Source: a virus. From it: 64,000 nt of DNA. The first letter of the stretch is position 1. The number at the start of each line of letters is the position of its first letter. The notes beneath the pieces are model-generated. The model worked only from the letters and a program-made list of their open reading frames with translations, was not told the DNA's origin and searched no databases. The DNA lies in IMG/VR virus record IMGVR_UViG_3300022699_000302, positions 1-64,000 of that record. One strand, given 5' to 3'. The translations under genes and the position numbers were made by a program. Below, in pieces: positions 36,688-46,679 of this stretch.

Positions 36688-37353
36688 ATGGCGTTGAATG
36701 CTCCAAACAAAGAGGTTCTTCAAAGAACTGACCTACTTTTCGGACCGCTCCCTCGAGAAGCCGTCATCCCTCCTGAGAGATTTAGGGAGGATGACGCTAT
36801 CCGCCGTGCCGAAGAAAAAGAGGGGGCGAACTACCTCGTTTATTTCGAGGGGGCTAAGCGTGTTATCTTCGATCAGTTTCTGATCAGCTCCTGGCAAAAG
36901 AACGTGAACGACATTGCAGTTCCGCAGTATACTCGCGGTCAGCCGGTCATCGAAGTCTTCGGGTCCGGTCAGGTACTCGTACAGGTAGAGCTGAAGTTGT
37001 TCGACAGCCGGACCACTGTCGAGTTCTTGGACGCTAATAGAGGAACGGGGTACGTCGGGTCCTCCATCAAGGAATTCGTGAAGAACTACGATCGCTATTT
37101 CAGAGGATCCGCCGGAGCTAAGAAAGACGCATTTGCGGCCCTGAACGTGAAGGGGCGAAGGGACTACGGGTACCTGACACAGTTCGCGTTCGATCGTGTG
37201 TCGCCTAATGATTATGAGATCACATGTTCGTTTAGTTTTTGGTCTTTTTTCTCTGAGATTGATGACGTAGGCAAGACCCTGGCAGAAGCCTTGATCGCCC
37301 GTACTGCTTCTCCTGGGGCTATCCAAGTCGACATTCCTGAGGATCAATTCTAA
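36688..37353 (+). CDS. Tail tube-like/baseplate protein
   Basis: Beta-rich; QFLISSWQ..VFG..Y.RYFRG..GYL pattern shared with next gene; precedes hub-like gene. Confidence 0.5.
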   Translation: MALNAPNKEVLQRTDLLFGPLPREAVIPPERFREDDAIRRAEEKEGANYLVYFEGAKRVIFDQFLISSWQKNVNDIAVPQYTRGQPVIEVFGSGQVLVQVELKLFDSRTTVEFLDANRGTGYVGSSIKEFVKNYDRYFRGSAGAKKDAFAALNVKGRRDYGYLTQFAFDRVSPNDYEITCSFSFWSFFSEIDDVGKTLAEALIARTASPGAIQVDIPEDQF

Positions 37354-38060
37354 TGGCGGGACAACAGCGTCTCAGTACTCAGGCTCTCCCCGAGCGATCC
37401 AGCTTTTTGTTCGGGTTCACCGATGGGCCGTCAGACAAAGAACGTCTTCGTCTGGAGCTCTACCTTCAAAACGGAGAGCGACTCTTCCGGTATGACCAGA
37501 TGATCGTCCAGCAAGTCAGTGACATGGACGTTGAAAAAGTCCAGTTCGAGATCTCATCGCACGGTCTGATCAAAGGCCTGTTCTTCAACCGTAACGTTAA
37601 AGCTGTTTCGATCTCGGCTGTTCTCACAGACCTGGTTCAGGACGAAGTCGATCAAGAAAGCTTAGTGGTTCACGACCAGTTGTCGCTTTTCGAGTACCTC
37701 TATCGCCGCTACTTTCGAGCTTCACAGGTGGCACGACACAAATATCAACTCGAAATGACGGTTCGTGGGCATACCTATATCGGGTTGATGGCAAACGCGA
37801 TTTTTGGGCTTGCTTCGGATGATGACACAATCGGCGCTGTGTCGTTCACTTATTTGGTCTTGGATGAACAGCTGGAAATACCCGAAACTCCCGAAGTATT
37901 TGCTGGTGACACCTCGGCTGGTCCTGCTACCTTTAGTCGTGAGACTGCTGAAGAACTAGAACATGAAGGCGACATCCCCCAGGGGGAAGTCCCCAGCTCG
38001 CGGAGAAGTGCGCGCGGAAGTCTAGGCCAGATTATCGATAGTCGTTCCGAGTCGTTTTAA
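37353..38060 (+). CDS. Tail tube-like/baseplate protein (paralog of previous)
   Basis: EKVQF..FFNR..ISAVL..YRRYFRA..YIGL aligns by eye with 36688..37353. Confidence 0.5.
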   Translation: MAGQQRLSTQALPERSSFLFGFTDGPSDKERLRLELYLQNGERLFRYDQMIVQQVSDMDVEKVQFEISSHGLIKGLFFNRNVKAVSISAVLTDLVQDEVDQESLVVHDQLSLFEYLYRRYFRASQVARHKYQLEMTVRGHTYIGLMANAIFGLASDDDTIGAVSFTYLVLDEQLEIPETPEVFAGDTSAGPATFSRETAEELEHEGDIPQGEVPSSRRSARGSLGQIIDSRSESF

Positions 38061-41000
38061 TGCCGAACAAGACCAAGTACTCGATGCGGCACCACGACTT
38101 CATCGTCTTTATCGATGGAGTCGAGATCCCCTGGCTCACCCTGCAGATGACTGCGGCTATGGGGCAGCCCTCGACTGTTGATATCTACATCGAGCCGGAT
38201 GACTTGATGGAACGGGTCAGGCCTAAAGCTCTTGTCCACGTCTTCATGTCTGATCCCTTCAGGAAGGCGGACGACGCAGATCCAGTCCCTGAAAACGAAG
38301 GGGATAGGCCTCAAAAATATTACCGCAAAAACTACTTCTTAGCTTTTGAGGGCGAGCTCCAGACCATTACGGAGACATGGACCGATAACAGCGCAGCTTT
38401 GGTTCTGGGTTGTTCGGACCTGACCAACATCATCCACAACACATCGCTCGATCTGGTTCAGTTGACTTCTGGCATCCGTATTCCCTTGATCAACGGTTCA
38501 ACGTTCTACGGGGACTTCCTGTCATTGTCCGGCACGAACTCAGCGATGAATGCTGTCATTTACGCTGCCATGGGATTTGACCCCGAAGAGGTCGCTAGTC
38601 AACAAGGCAAGACTGCTGAGGCAAAACTGGCGGCATCCCAGGCCATTCCCGTACTCAAAGACAAAATCTCCACAGACCCGGATGAGTACTACTACCACGA
38701 AGCGGTGCGCATTGCCCTGAAGTACTTTACTCAGTTCAATGCCTCGTACCGCTTGCAGGCGCTCCGTACTCGTTTGTTTGATAAGATCAGTGGGATCCCC
38801 GACCAGACTTTTCGTCGGCTTATGTCGGCTCGAGTAGCTCAAACGCTTATTACGAGTGGTTTCCAGAATGTGCCTAATCGATCATTGGGGCAGTTGTTGA
38901 ACTTCATGCTAAACATGGGGCTCCACCAGCCGACCTCTGTGTTCTTCCCGGTCAAGACAGGAGGAGAACGTAATGCTTGGTCGCAGTATCTGTTCCTTCC
39001 GAACTTGTACTATGCGATTCCGCCTTCTTGTAATTGGCTCTTCAAAGAGAATCTGACGACTATCAACTCTTCACGAGCATTCCTTCGGGAACCCACTCGT
39101 TTGATGGTTCGAGATCCCATGGTGGGCAACCTGGGACTTGTTCATATGGCCCCGCGCAGTTTGACCTCATTTCTGCAGTCAACTGGCAGTGGGGCTCCGG
39201 TGCCCCACACAGTTGATGGTGTACGTAGCCCGCTGACGTTTAATGCTGCGCGTACTGAAGAAGATTTCACTACAGACCCCAATATTAGGGGCGAAGCGGC
39301 CCTGGATCGGGCACCTTTCACGCTGAATCCTGATAGCGATGAGAGCGAATCTAACCCTAACCTTCTCAAGTACCTCACTCCCCTCGAGGTCGAGAAGGGC
39401 ATCCTTTTCCGTACATCAGATATGTCGATCGAGTACTTTGCCGGCAAAAGCACAGTACGCTCCGCATTTGGGGCCAGCGTGGACGCTGATGATGACGAGG
39501 AGCGACGTCAAGACCTGAATGCACAGGTCGAACGAGCCATTCAGAACGATGACTCGTATATCCGATACATGCAGAGTCTCGCGAATTACCGACTGAGCCT
39601 TGAGCAGCTGAATCGAGACATTAACGCTAACGGCCCCTTCAATCCGTGGGCGACCCCCGGCTTCCCCGCTATGATCTGTCGACCAGATCGCAGCTATCGA
39701 GGTTTGTTGACCAAGGTTACCCACACGATCTCGTCTACAGGAACAGCCCAAACCCTGTACGATTTTGCAGTTACTACCCTTTTCCGGCCTAAAACAGGCA
39801 CGCGTAACGAGATTGCTGATCAAAGACGTCTCGAGAATCAGCTTGACGAGGCCGAGGTAGAGCTGAACAGGGCTATTGAGGAATTCAATGAGTCCCTGGA
39901 TTTAGAGGTTGATGAAAGAGATATTTCTGATCTAGAAGAGATTGTCCGTAAGAGCGTCGAACCAACAGACCGAACGCCTTATATCGAAGAGATCAGTACT
40001 TTTCGGGATTGGCGAGGAGTCGAGATCAATCGTGGTTTATTGATGGCGTGGTATGCCATCAGGAAAGCTCGTGATGACCTTCGTGGAGAAGTGAATCTCA
40101 ACCCCCCTCTCGAGCGTCTTCGGCATATCGTGAACTTCGACATCGATCGGAGTCGAGACTATTTCAAACTGAGATCCGCTCCCGTACCGGAGTTGCAGAT
40201 CGTAGAGGGAGAGTCTACTACTGTCTATCGCGACGTTGATTTCACGCCTTTCTTGGACGATAAGTTGGAGGCTGGTCAAATAGCCTTGAATTACTCCCCC
40301 GAGGTATTCATTGGACCGGCAGGAGAGCGCGAGATCCAGCGAAACAACCAGAGACTGGAGTTAACGTATTGGAGTGGAGACTCTAAGGATGGTGATCCCG
40401 GTTCTGTGTCACTTCTGTTTGGCGAGGCGGTGCTTGACCCTAGCGGGTTAGCTAGCGATCTCAAACAGTTCCTCCAGGATATCCAAGCCAACTACGGTCG
40501 GGCTGTAGTCCGAGGAGAGTTTACTGACCTCCAAGTTTCTGGGTCTGATATTACGGTAGAGACTGAATCTGGGGGGACTCAAGTCATCTCGGATCTCGGC
40601 GGTGTTGTCGACTTTCTTCTTGACGATGCGTTAGCACGGCTTCAAGCCGGTCAGCAAGCTGCTAGGATCGCGAATATTAGAGAGCGCAAGCAGGCCCGCG
40701 ATACCGCTCAACTCAACCTGAGGGAGTCCCTGGGTCTTTTCGAAGAAGCTGTAGAGCAGCCCCCAGTGCCTGACTTTCTCAACACTAATTTGCTTGATCC
40801 CCTGAGCGTGGAGAAAGTGTATGAGCCTGTTCTCGGATCTAGCACTGCTCTGTCCCAGACTTTTGACTACTCCGGAGACAGTCCGCCCCCGCTTCTTCGC
40901 CGAAGCGACGGCTCTCTATCAGCTGCTACTCTTCAAGCCAGAGACGCGATCATCACCCTCGCTCTCCGAATTTATGATTTCAGCGAGGACATTAATCCCT

Positions 41001-41440
41001 CACTGGATCAAGCCGAAGAAGAGGGAGACCCGTTTAGAGCCACACCTCTCTATTCTCAGTGGGAAAATGAGGGCGATATCCCGCAACGCATCAATGAGTT
41101 TGCCCGACGAAGCTATGACGACATGGTAACGCTGGACGACTTTTTGAGGATCAACGGCTTGCAGTTGAAGACTGAGGCAGCTTCGTTTGGACCGGTCCAG
41201 CGGTCTTTCTTCCGTATGACCAATAATACCGGACGACAGTCCTACTTCGACAAGCTTCACGACGGCAACACAGGTCAGGAAGGAAGCGACTCTTCGAATT
41301 CGGCTCTGGATGGCATTAACGACGTCAGACAGGTATACCCGCCATCGCTCTACAAATTTCTCTATGAGGCTGGCCGGCAGGAGTTCTTGTTGGAATACGC
41401 GCGCCGCCACTTCGTGCCTCGAGGACTCTCTGGCAAGTAA
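38060..41440 (+). CDS. Large baseplate hub-like structural protein
   Basis: 1126 aa; N-terminal FIDGVEIP..STVDIYI..VHVF..FEGEL resembles gp27/VgrG-type hub N-terminus. Confidence 0.55.
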   Translation: MPNKTKYSMRHHDFIVFIDGVEIPWLTLQMTAAMGQPSTVDIYIEPDDLMERVRPKALVHVFMSDPFRKADDADPVPENEGDRPQKYYRKNYFLAFEGELQTITETWTDNSAALVLGCSDLTNIIHNTSLDLVQLTSGIRIPLINGSTFYGDFLSLSGTNSAMNAVIYAAMGFDPEEVASQQGKTAEAKLAASQAIPVLKDKISTDPDEYYYHEAVRIALKYFTQFNASYRLQALRTRLFDKISGIPDQTFRRLMSARVAQTLITSGFQNVPNRSLGQLLNFMLNMGLHQPTSVFFPVKTGGERNAWSQYLFLPNLYYAIPPSCNWLFKENLTTINSSRAFLREPTRLMVRDPMVGNLGLVHMAPRSLTSFLQSTGSGAPVPHTVDGVRSPLTFNAARTEEDFTTDPNIRGEAALDRAPFTLNPDSDESESNPNLLKYLTPLEVEKGILFRTSDMSIEYFAGKSTVRSAFGASVDADDDEERRQDLNAQVERAIQNDDSYIRYMQSLANYRLSLEQLNRDINANGPFNPWATPGFPAMICRPDRSYRGLLTKVTHTISSTGTAQTLYDFAVTTLFRPKTGTRNEIADQRRLENQLDEAEVELNRAIEEFNESLDLEVDERDISDLEEIVRKSVEPTDRTPYIEEISTFRDWRGVEINRGLLMAWYAIRKARDDLRGEVNLNPPLERLRHIVNFDIDRSRDYFKLRSAPVPELQIVEGESTTVYRDVDFTPFLDDKLEAGQIALNYSPEVFIGPAGEREIQRNNQRLELTYWSGDSKDGDPGSVSLLFGEAVLDPSGLASDLKQFLQDIQANYGRAVVRGEFTDLQVSGSDITVETESGGTQVISDLGGVVDFLLDDALARLQAGQQAARIANIRERKQARDTAQLNLRESLGLFEEAVEQPPVPDFLNTNLLDPLSVEKVYEPVLGSSTALSQTFDYSGDSPPPLLRRSDGSLSAATLQARDAIITLALRIYDFSEDINPSLDQAEEEGDPFRATPLYSQWENEGDIPQRINEFARRSYDDMVTLDDFLRINGLQLKTEAASFGPVQRSFFRMTNNTGRQSYFDKLHDGNTGQEGSDSSNSALDGINDVRQVYPPSLYKFLYEAGRQEFLLEYARRHFVPRGLSGK

Positions 41441-41466
41441 AAAAGAAAGACCCCCTAGAGGGTCTT
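41438..41466. terminator. Bidirectional terminator
   Basis: TAAAAAAGA-AAGACCC...GGGTCTT between convergent genes. Confidence 0.75.
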
Positions 41467-41904
41467 CCCAAGATAGACAGCGCCACTGAACAATGCGATG
41501 ACCAGGCTGCCGCCGACCAGGTAGCCAAGTGTTTCTTCGACCATTTCTTCCTCTTTCCGGGCTTCGGCCATAGATCGCCGAAGCCTCTGGATCGAGTTGC
41601 CGTACTTCTTGTTGGAGGCATCCCGTTCGACCTTGCTGTGGATGTCTTCGGTCATCAGCTCCTCTTGGAGTTGAGACCTTCGGCGGAATCTCCTGGTAAT
41701 ATTTTGAAGCTTCTCATGGCGCCTTGCGCCAATCAGGACAGTGTTCTCGTGCTTGTCCCACTCTTCTTGGGACATCTCTCCAAGCCCTTGGAAATCAGCG
41801 ACTTTGGGCTTACTTTTTGGGTTGGCCTTCTTGGTTCCTTTCTTTTTAGGCGGGCTGTCTCCTTTATCTGGCTCGATCTCACGCCACCCCGGATCTTTCG
41901 ACAT
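41455..41904 (-). CDS. Membrane protein with C-terminal TM helix
   Basis: 149 aa, GGAGGT RBS, LVGGSLVIALFSGAVYLG. Confidence 0.7.
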   Translation of the reverse strand: MSKDPGWREIEPDKGDSPPKKKGTKKANPKSKPKVADFQGLGEMSQEEWDKHENTVLIGARRHEKLQNITRRFRRRSQLQEELMTEDIHSKVERDASNKKYGNSIQRLRRSMAEARKEEEMVEETLGYLVGGSLVIALFSGAVYLGKTL

Positions 41905-41949
41905 GCTAACCTCCTCTCTTGCTCTCTTGGGTGAAAAGGGTCTCTATAG

Positions 41950-41958
41950 TCTTAGGCC
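41950..41958 (-). promoter_or_regulatory. GGCCTAAGA promoter-like motif (GGCCTAAGACTATAGAG)
   Basis: First G 54 bp upstream of ATG 41904; back-to-back with dyad copy 4. Confidence 0.65.
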
Positions 41959-41962
41959 ATAC

Positions 41963-41985
41963 TTGGCTGCGTCGGATGCAGCCAA
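41963..41985 (+). promoter_or_regulatory. 23-bp dyad element, copy 4
   Basis: TTGGCTGCGTCGGATGCAGCCAA upstream of tail-fibre gene; followed by TATACTGG. Confidence 0.8.
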
Positions 41986-42012
41986 CATATACTGGTCGAG
42001 AGAGGACCAGAA

Positions 42013-42963
42013 ATGGCGAAAATCAAAATCTCACAAGACAACGCGTTTGTCTACGGGTACGACGACGGCACCAATATGCCGGAGTACTCAACTGACCATG
42101 GAGCTACGTGGAATGCCATCGGCGGGAGCGGAGGCGCTTTTCAGATTACTGCAGGTGGTGGCGCTGTCGCCGAGAACATCCACGATACTCGATCCACTCC
42201 TGGTGCCAATACTGTTGACGGCACAGCTGACGGTCAGTTCAACGCAGGTGTAGAGCCTGGCCTATTAGGTGGCGCACCCTATGGCACTGACGACGATTAC
42301 GCGACTGTGGGAGGCGGGTCCGACAACTATGCCGGCGCTCCTGGGTCCACCGTGGCAGGCGGTCAAGGAAACAGGATTGCCATAGCGGCTGACGACGCGT
42401 TTTCATGGGGTCGTGAGAATGATGTCGATCTTCCTGCAGGTTCTGCTACAGGCTATGAATCACAGGCTCGTAATACCAACGAGCGAGCTCATGCCTACCA
42501 GGAATACGCCGAAGGTAAGCAGCAGGAGCGGGTTGTTCTTTTGACCCGCGAATTTGATATCGGGGAAGGCGACAATCTTCCTCTTTACACTAACTTCATT
42601 GCCGGCGGTACCGAAGAATTCATCACTCTTTCTGACCACAGCTACCACGTTTCTGTGATGGTTCAGGGTAACCGTCTCGATGCTATCGCCGGGATGGCTA
42701 TGGCAGCCTGGCGTCTTGAAGCAGGGTTCTATCATTGGTCGGGAACCGGACTTGTTCTGGCAACTCCTGGTGTTTCGACGACATTCATCTGTAATACTAA
42801 TTCTTCGGTGTTCGACGTTGTTCCAACTCTTGCGGTAAGCGGCACAAACATTCGAGTGACCGGGTCTGATGATGGCTTGTCTCAGGGACCGATTCGATGG
42901 ATCGCCCGGATGGTTGTGACTGAGCTGGCACCGCTTCCGTTCTTCGGCGGCGGAGGAGCATAA
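42013..42963 (+). CDS. Tail fibre/spike-like protein
   Basis: Gly-rich; YATVGGGSDN..STVAGGQGN beta-helix/YadA-like repeats. Confidence 0.6.
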   Translation: MAKIKISQDNAFVYGYDDGTNMPEYSTDHGATWNAIGGSGGAFQITAGGGAVAENIHDTRSTPGANTVDGTADGQFNAGVEPGLLGGAPYGTDDDYATVGGGSDNYAGAPGSTVAGGQGNRIAIAADDAFSWGRENDVDLPAGSATGYESQARNTNERAHAYQEYAEGKQQERVVLLTREFDIGEGDNLPLYTNFIAGGTEEFITLSDHSYHVSVMVQGNRLDAIAGMAMAAWRLEAGFYHWSGTGLVLATPGVSTTFICNTNSSVFDVVPTLAVSGTNIRVTGSDDGLSQGPIRWIARMVVTELAPLPFFGGGGA

Positions 42964-42972
42964 GGATCTGAT

Positions 42973-43704
42973 ATGGCGAATGTACGGTTTCCCAGAGACA
43001 ATTTTGATGCTACTTCCGATCCCGGAGTTGGTGACGACATCAATGACGGATACGGTCCGGGGTCTCGGTGGTACAACACCTCGTCAGGCGAGCTGTTCAT
43101 GTGCGATGATGCTTCGGTAGGCGCCGCTTCCTGGATCAACTTGAGCACGGCCGGAGGAGGCCTCTCCAAAGCCTCGCAGTTCATCTACGGTCACCTGGCA
43201 GAAGAGTTTGCTTTCGGAACGGCCTTCGGATCAGGGAAAGTTGTTATTCCGAACACCGATTTTACGGTCACGGATACCAACTTTCCTTCCAACTCGATCA
43301 TGACCATCGATGCCGGTTTCGTATTTAGGGTCAATTCTGGAGGAGGCCCGACGGGTGTCGCGGCCGATGTTCACCTTTCTTTGGATGGCGCCACACAATC
43401 TGTGGGTCGATCCTACGACACCAGTGGCATAGCTGAATTCGATATGGGGGTACGGTTCCAGGTGATCCGTGATAGTACGGACAAGTACCGTCGCGTAGGT
43501 CAAGTTATTGGCAACGACGAGAATGCGGTGGCGATCTTCAACGTCTTTGATGATCTAGGGTCTCCTCTTCCGACGCTCCCTGCTCGTCCCTTCACTGCAG
43601 AGCTGGAGTGGTTTGTCGGCTACAACTCTGCTGACGTAAGCATCGGAATGTACACGTACTCCGTTCAGATCTCTCAGCTGACCAGCGGCAGTATCGCATC
43701 CTAG
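42973..43704 (+). CDS. Tail fibre-like protein
   Basis: ATSDPGVGDD..GYGPGSRWYNTSSGELFMC..GAASW is a typical fibre junction motif. Confidence 0.65.
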   Translation: MANVRFPRDNFDATSDPGVGDDINDGYGPGSRWYNTSSGELFMCDDASVGAASWINLSTAGGGLSKASQFIYGHLAEEFAFGTAFGSGKVVIPNTDFTVTDTNFPSNSIMTIDAGFVFRVNSGGGPTGVAADVHLSLDGATQSVGRSYDTSGIAEFDMGVRFQVIRDSTDKYRRVGQVIGNDENAVAIFNVFDDLGSPLPTLPARPFTAELEWFVGYNSADVSIGMYTYSVQISQLTSGSIAS

Positions 43705-43760
43705 TCCTATACTGGTTACCGTTCGGTGGGTTTGCCACCGAGATTTGAAATGGAGAAAGT

Positions 43761-45125
43761 ATGTCTACGAACCCTCTCGGCTCCCAACTGAAGTTGGCTT
43801 CCCGGGAAGATCGTCTGGCTCAGGAAATTGTCCAGATGCTGTCGACTATTCGTCGTGCTAGCGAAGGCAAGTTCCTCGAAGCTACGGCGCTTCTGTCTCG
43901 TGCGCGTGTTCCGGTTCGCGAGAGCCGCCTGCGTGTGGCCGACCTTCCGACTCTGCAGGCTGGCCACCTGCTCTTGACCGGCTTTGTCGATGAAGCCCTG
44001 CGTACCCGAAGCCTCACTGTTCCGTCTCGTGTCCGAGGCCCGCTCGATGTGGCTGGTATGGACGGTGGTCTGACGGCTGCTTCGACCGAACTCTTCACCC
44101 TCGAGGGTGCGGATGGCGCGGTTTACGATGCATTCGTATCTCACGGTACCACCAGCGATAGTCTTTTCGGTGCCTTTGGCTCCGGCGATCTCGGCGGTAC
44201 GACCACGAACTTCGCTCAGATCCAGGCTGGTGACGCGGTGCAACCGATCGTGTCCCTGCAGACCAACCGTACGGCTCTGGCCCGTTGCACCCAGGCAGCG
44301 GCGTTTAATGTGTTCCCCTGCACTATCGACTCGACCGGGTCGGTGGCTGTGGGCGCCGCGATTGGTGGTCTGACCGGTGTGGGTACCGATCGCCCGGTGA
44401 CTCGGGACTACACCGACGGGCGTTACCTCTGGTGCATCACGCAGGATACAGTCGGCACGCAGATTCGTCTGCACAAGCTCAATCTGAGTGACGGCACCGA
44501 GGAAGGTTACGAAACGATTACGGCTACTGCCGCTGGTGTGGGCCCTGTTGCGGTCTTCGCCTTTGGTGATGATGCTGTGGTTGTGGTCGAAGACTCTGGC
44601 GGTGTTCTGCGTGCCAACTACATCACGATTGCTGACGGCGCGGGTGCTGGTGCGGGTGTTGCCGCAACTGCGGGAACTGCGCTTCAGACGCCTGGCGGTG
44701 ACGAGCTGGAGAACCCTCTGGTCTCTGCTCCGTTCGATGATGTCGGCGGTTTGCCTAGCGGTCTTCGTCTGTTCTTGGATCCCGAAACGATTCCGAGCTC
44801 GGAGCCGCAGCAACGCATCGACATCTATCCCGCTGAAGGTGCGGCCGGTAACGTCCAGACCAGTATCCTGGGTCTCAACGGTTTCCGTACTGGAGGTGAT
44901 GTAGGAGTCTCTGGATCGGGTCGTAACATCGTTGCGATTGATGATGCGGCTGATGACATCGCGGTGCTCTACGATGTGGTCAATGGCGAACAGCTCGCGG
45001 TCCAAGATCTCGGCAAGTTTGTTGCCGCGATCGACCGAGTCGCTCCTGTGTCGGTCAACGATCAGATCTTGCTGAATGCAACCTACGCCACGGTCGAACA
45101 GATCCTGGAAGTTTCGATTGAGTAA
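43761..45125 (+). CDS. Abundant virion structural protein (unassigned)
   Basis: 454 aa, Ala/Gly/Thr/Val-rich, strong codon bias, own TATACTGG box and strong terminator. Confidence 0.55.
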   Translation: MSTNPLGSQLKLASREDRLAQEIVQMLSTIRRASEGKFLEATALLSRARVPVRESRLRVADLPTLQAGHLLLTGFVDEALRTRSLTVPSRVRGPLDVAGMDGGLTAASTELFTLEGADGAVYDAFVSHGTTSDSLFGAFGSGDLGGTTTNFAQIQAGDAVQPIVSLQTNRTALARCTQAAAFNVFPCTIDSTGSVAVGAAIGGLTGVGTDRPVTRDYTDGRYLWCITQDTVGTQIRLHKLNLSDGTEEGYETITATAAGVGPVAVFAFGDDAVVVVEDSGGVLRANYITIADGAGAGAGVAATAGTALQTPGGDELENPLVSAPFDDVGGLPSGLRLFLDPETIPSSEPQQRIDIYPAEGAAGNVQTSILGLNGFRTGGDVGVSGSGRNIVAIDDAADDIAVLYDVVNGEQLAVQDLGKFVAAIDRVAPVSVNDQILLNATYATVEQILEVSIE

Positions 45126-45157
45126 GGTACCCTATCCCAGTCAAGGGTGGTGCTCGG

Positions 45158-45191
45158 GAAGAGGTCGGTTCGCCGGCCTCTTCTCTTTTTT
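45158..45191 (+). terminator. Intrinsic terminator with UUCG loop
   Basis: GAAGAGGTCGG-TTCG-CCGGCCTCTTC-TCTTTTTT. Confidence 0.9.
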
Positions 45192-45425
45192 ATCTATCAA
45201 CTTGACTTGTCTTCATGTTCGAAGTGAAATGCAGGTGGTCACGCCCTATTCCTCCATTACCAAAATTCGCAGGTATTGTGGTCTAAGGGATTGAGTAGGA
45301 CGTTTAGCTGGTGAAACGGCGACACACAAGTTCAAGCGCTTAGCTTTTGTTTTAGAGTGTTGTCGGCGTGGCCCACGAGCATTCGTTCTTTTGTTTTTTC
45401 TTCCAGGAAGATTGGAGATTTTCTG

Positions 45426-45839
45426 ATGGACAAGACTGACAAGTTGATCAATGTCGTCGAGAACATGAACGAGCGTCAGGACCGAGTCAACTCGGACATC
45501 GACGGTCGTCTCACGCGTCTCGAGAAGGGCAAGGTCAAGGCCGTGCGCCCGTCCAAGCCCTTCGGTCAGCGTGTTTCCGGTGCCGCCAAGGTCGCGGCCT
45601 ACGCTGGCCCCCGCTTCGGCCTGTTCGTCATCGTGACGCTCGCCTCGATCGCCGGCGCAATGCTGGGCTACGAGGCCGTGTTCACCGATGCCGGACTCTC
45701 GCAGCCGGCCTGGATCGGCCTCTTCGGCTGCTCTGCCATGGTGCTGCCTCTGAGCATCGCCACGTTCGTCACCCGCAAGAAGAACGCCTACAAGGCCGTC
45801 AAGGTGAACGACGTCGGGAGCCGCTACGCCAACTTTTAG
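45426..45839 (+). CDS. Two-TM membrane protein with N-terminal coiled coil
   Basis: TGGAG RBS before ATG 45426; two hydrophobic helices. Confidence 0.7.
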   Translation: MDKTDKLINVVENMNERQDRVNSDIDGRLTRLEKGKVKAVRPSKPFGQRVSGAAKVAAYAGPRFGLFVIVTLASIAGAMLGYEAVFTDAGLSQPAWIGLFGCSAMVLPLSIATFVTRKKNAYKAVKVNDVGSRYANF

Positions 45840-45876
45840 TCCAAGGCTTTAGAGCCAAAGACTGAAGGAGGGTCTT

Positions 45877-46509
45877 ATGAGGTTCTTCCGAAAGAAGAGG
45901 CGGTACAAGGAAGCCGACATGTCTTCCGAGTTGAAGCAGATCCGACAGACTGCGCAGGCAACTGAGCAGCCCAGTTGGGACGATCGACTCGAGGAAATGG
46001 CGGTGGAAGTGTCCCACCTCGCATCCCTTCTGGAACACCAGAAGGACACGGCTCCTCAGTCGAAGGTGGAGGGACCCAATGCTGGTTCGGATCTTGAGCG
46101 TCGTCTCAATGCGTTGATCGACATCGTCGATCAGCTCAACGAGAAGGATGTCAAGATGCAGGACAGCATCGCAGACCTCCGACGGAGAGTGAGTCGTAAC
46201 GAAGCCGAGACCGAGGAAATCGCATCCACGGTTCAAAAGCTTCGTGACGAGTACGAGCCGAAAGACTTTCGAGGGTTGCTGCAGAACTCTCCGAAGTGGG
46301 TACAAAAGATGTACTTCCCGGCACGCACGGCCCTGGCCGTATCGATTGCAGGCATCATTCTGAGCGTCAGCGGAGGCCACGCTGCCGGCGCCTTGGAATG
46401 GTCTTCCCTGCAAGAGGTAGGTCATGCCGCCGGCGCGATGTTCCTGGGAACCGCTATCGCGATGGCTCTGCTGTCGTGGGTGACCAGGCCCAGGAAGTTC
46501 AAGTTCTAG
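45877..46509 (+). CDS. Coiled-coil protein with two C-terminal TM helices
   Basis: AGGAGG RBS; heptads then hydrophobic helices. Confidence 0.72.
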   Translation: MRFFRKKRRYKEADMSSELKQIRQTAQATEQPSWDDRLEEMAVEVSHLASLLEHQKDTAPQSKVEGPNAGSDLERRLNALIDIVDQLNEKDVKMQDSIADLRRRVSRNEAETEEIASTVQKLRDEYEPKDFRGLLQNSPKWVQKMYFPARTALAVSIAGIILSVSGGHAAGALEWSSLQEVGHAAGAMFLGTAIAMALLSWVTRPRKFKF

Positions 46510-46514
46510 AGTTG

Positions 46515-46566
46515 GGGGAGGACAGCCGCGTCCGCTGTCCTCCCCTCTCTCACTCCTTTCTTTTTT
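46515..46566 (+). terminator. Hairpin/terminator
   Basis: GGGGAGGACAGC/GCTGTCCTCCCC stem; T-rich tract further downstream. Confidence 0.6.
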
Positions 46567-46645
46567 GATCAAGTATCAGGCCCTAGCTACCCCCGTGGCT
46601 GAGGGCCGTTTTTATCCGTCAAGTGAACGGGGATTCTACGAAAAT

Positions 46646-46668
46646 ATGGCTGCGTCGGATGCAGCCAA
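46646..46668 (+). promoter_or_regulatory. 23-bp dyad element, copy 5
   Basis: ATGGCTGCGTCGGATGCAGCCAA immediately before GAGGAGG RBS of first WW-motif gene. Confidence 0.8.
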
Positions 46669-46679
46669 GAGGAGGTGCA

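Noticed and set aside
43716-45005. 429-aa minus-strand ORF
   Set aside because: Antisense shadow of the codon-biased 454-aa structural gene; no RBS or terminator support. Most other overlapping track ORFs were dropped for the same reason
43761-45125. Major capsid protein
   Set aside because: High-expression codon bias, but no HK97-fold features recognisable by eye and no portal, protease or scaffold neighbours; left as unassigned structural protein
45202-45230. Sigma70 promoter TTGACT-N17-TGAAAT
   Set aside because: The -10 box lacks the conserved A at position 2 and lies about 200 bp from the next start; too weak to call
45295-45345. tRNA-like fragment (GGTGAAACGG...GTTCAAG)
   Set aside because: Arms are too close together and there is no acceptor or anticodon stem; no tRNA, rRNA or tmRNA could be supported in the window
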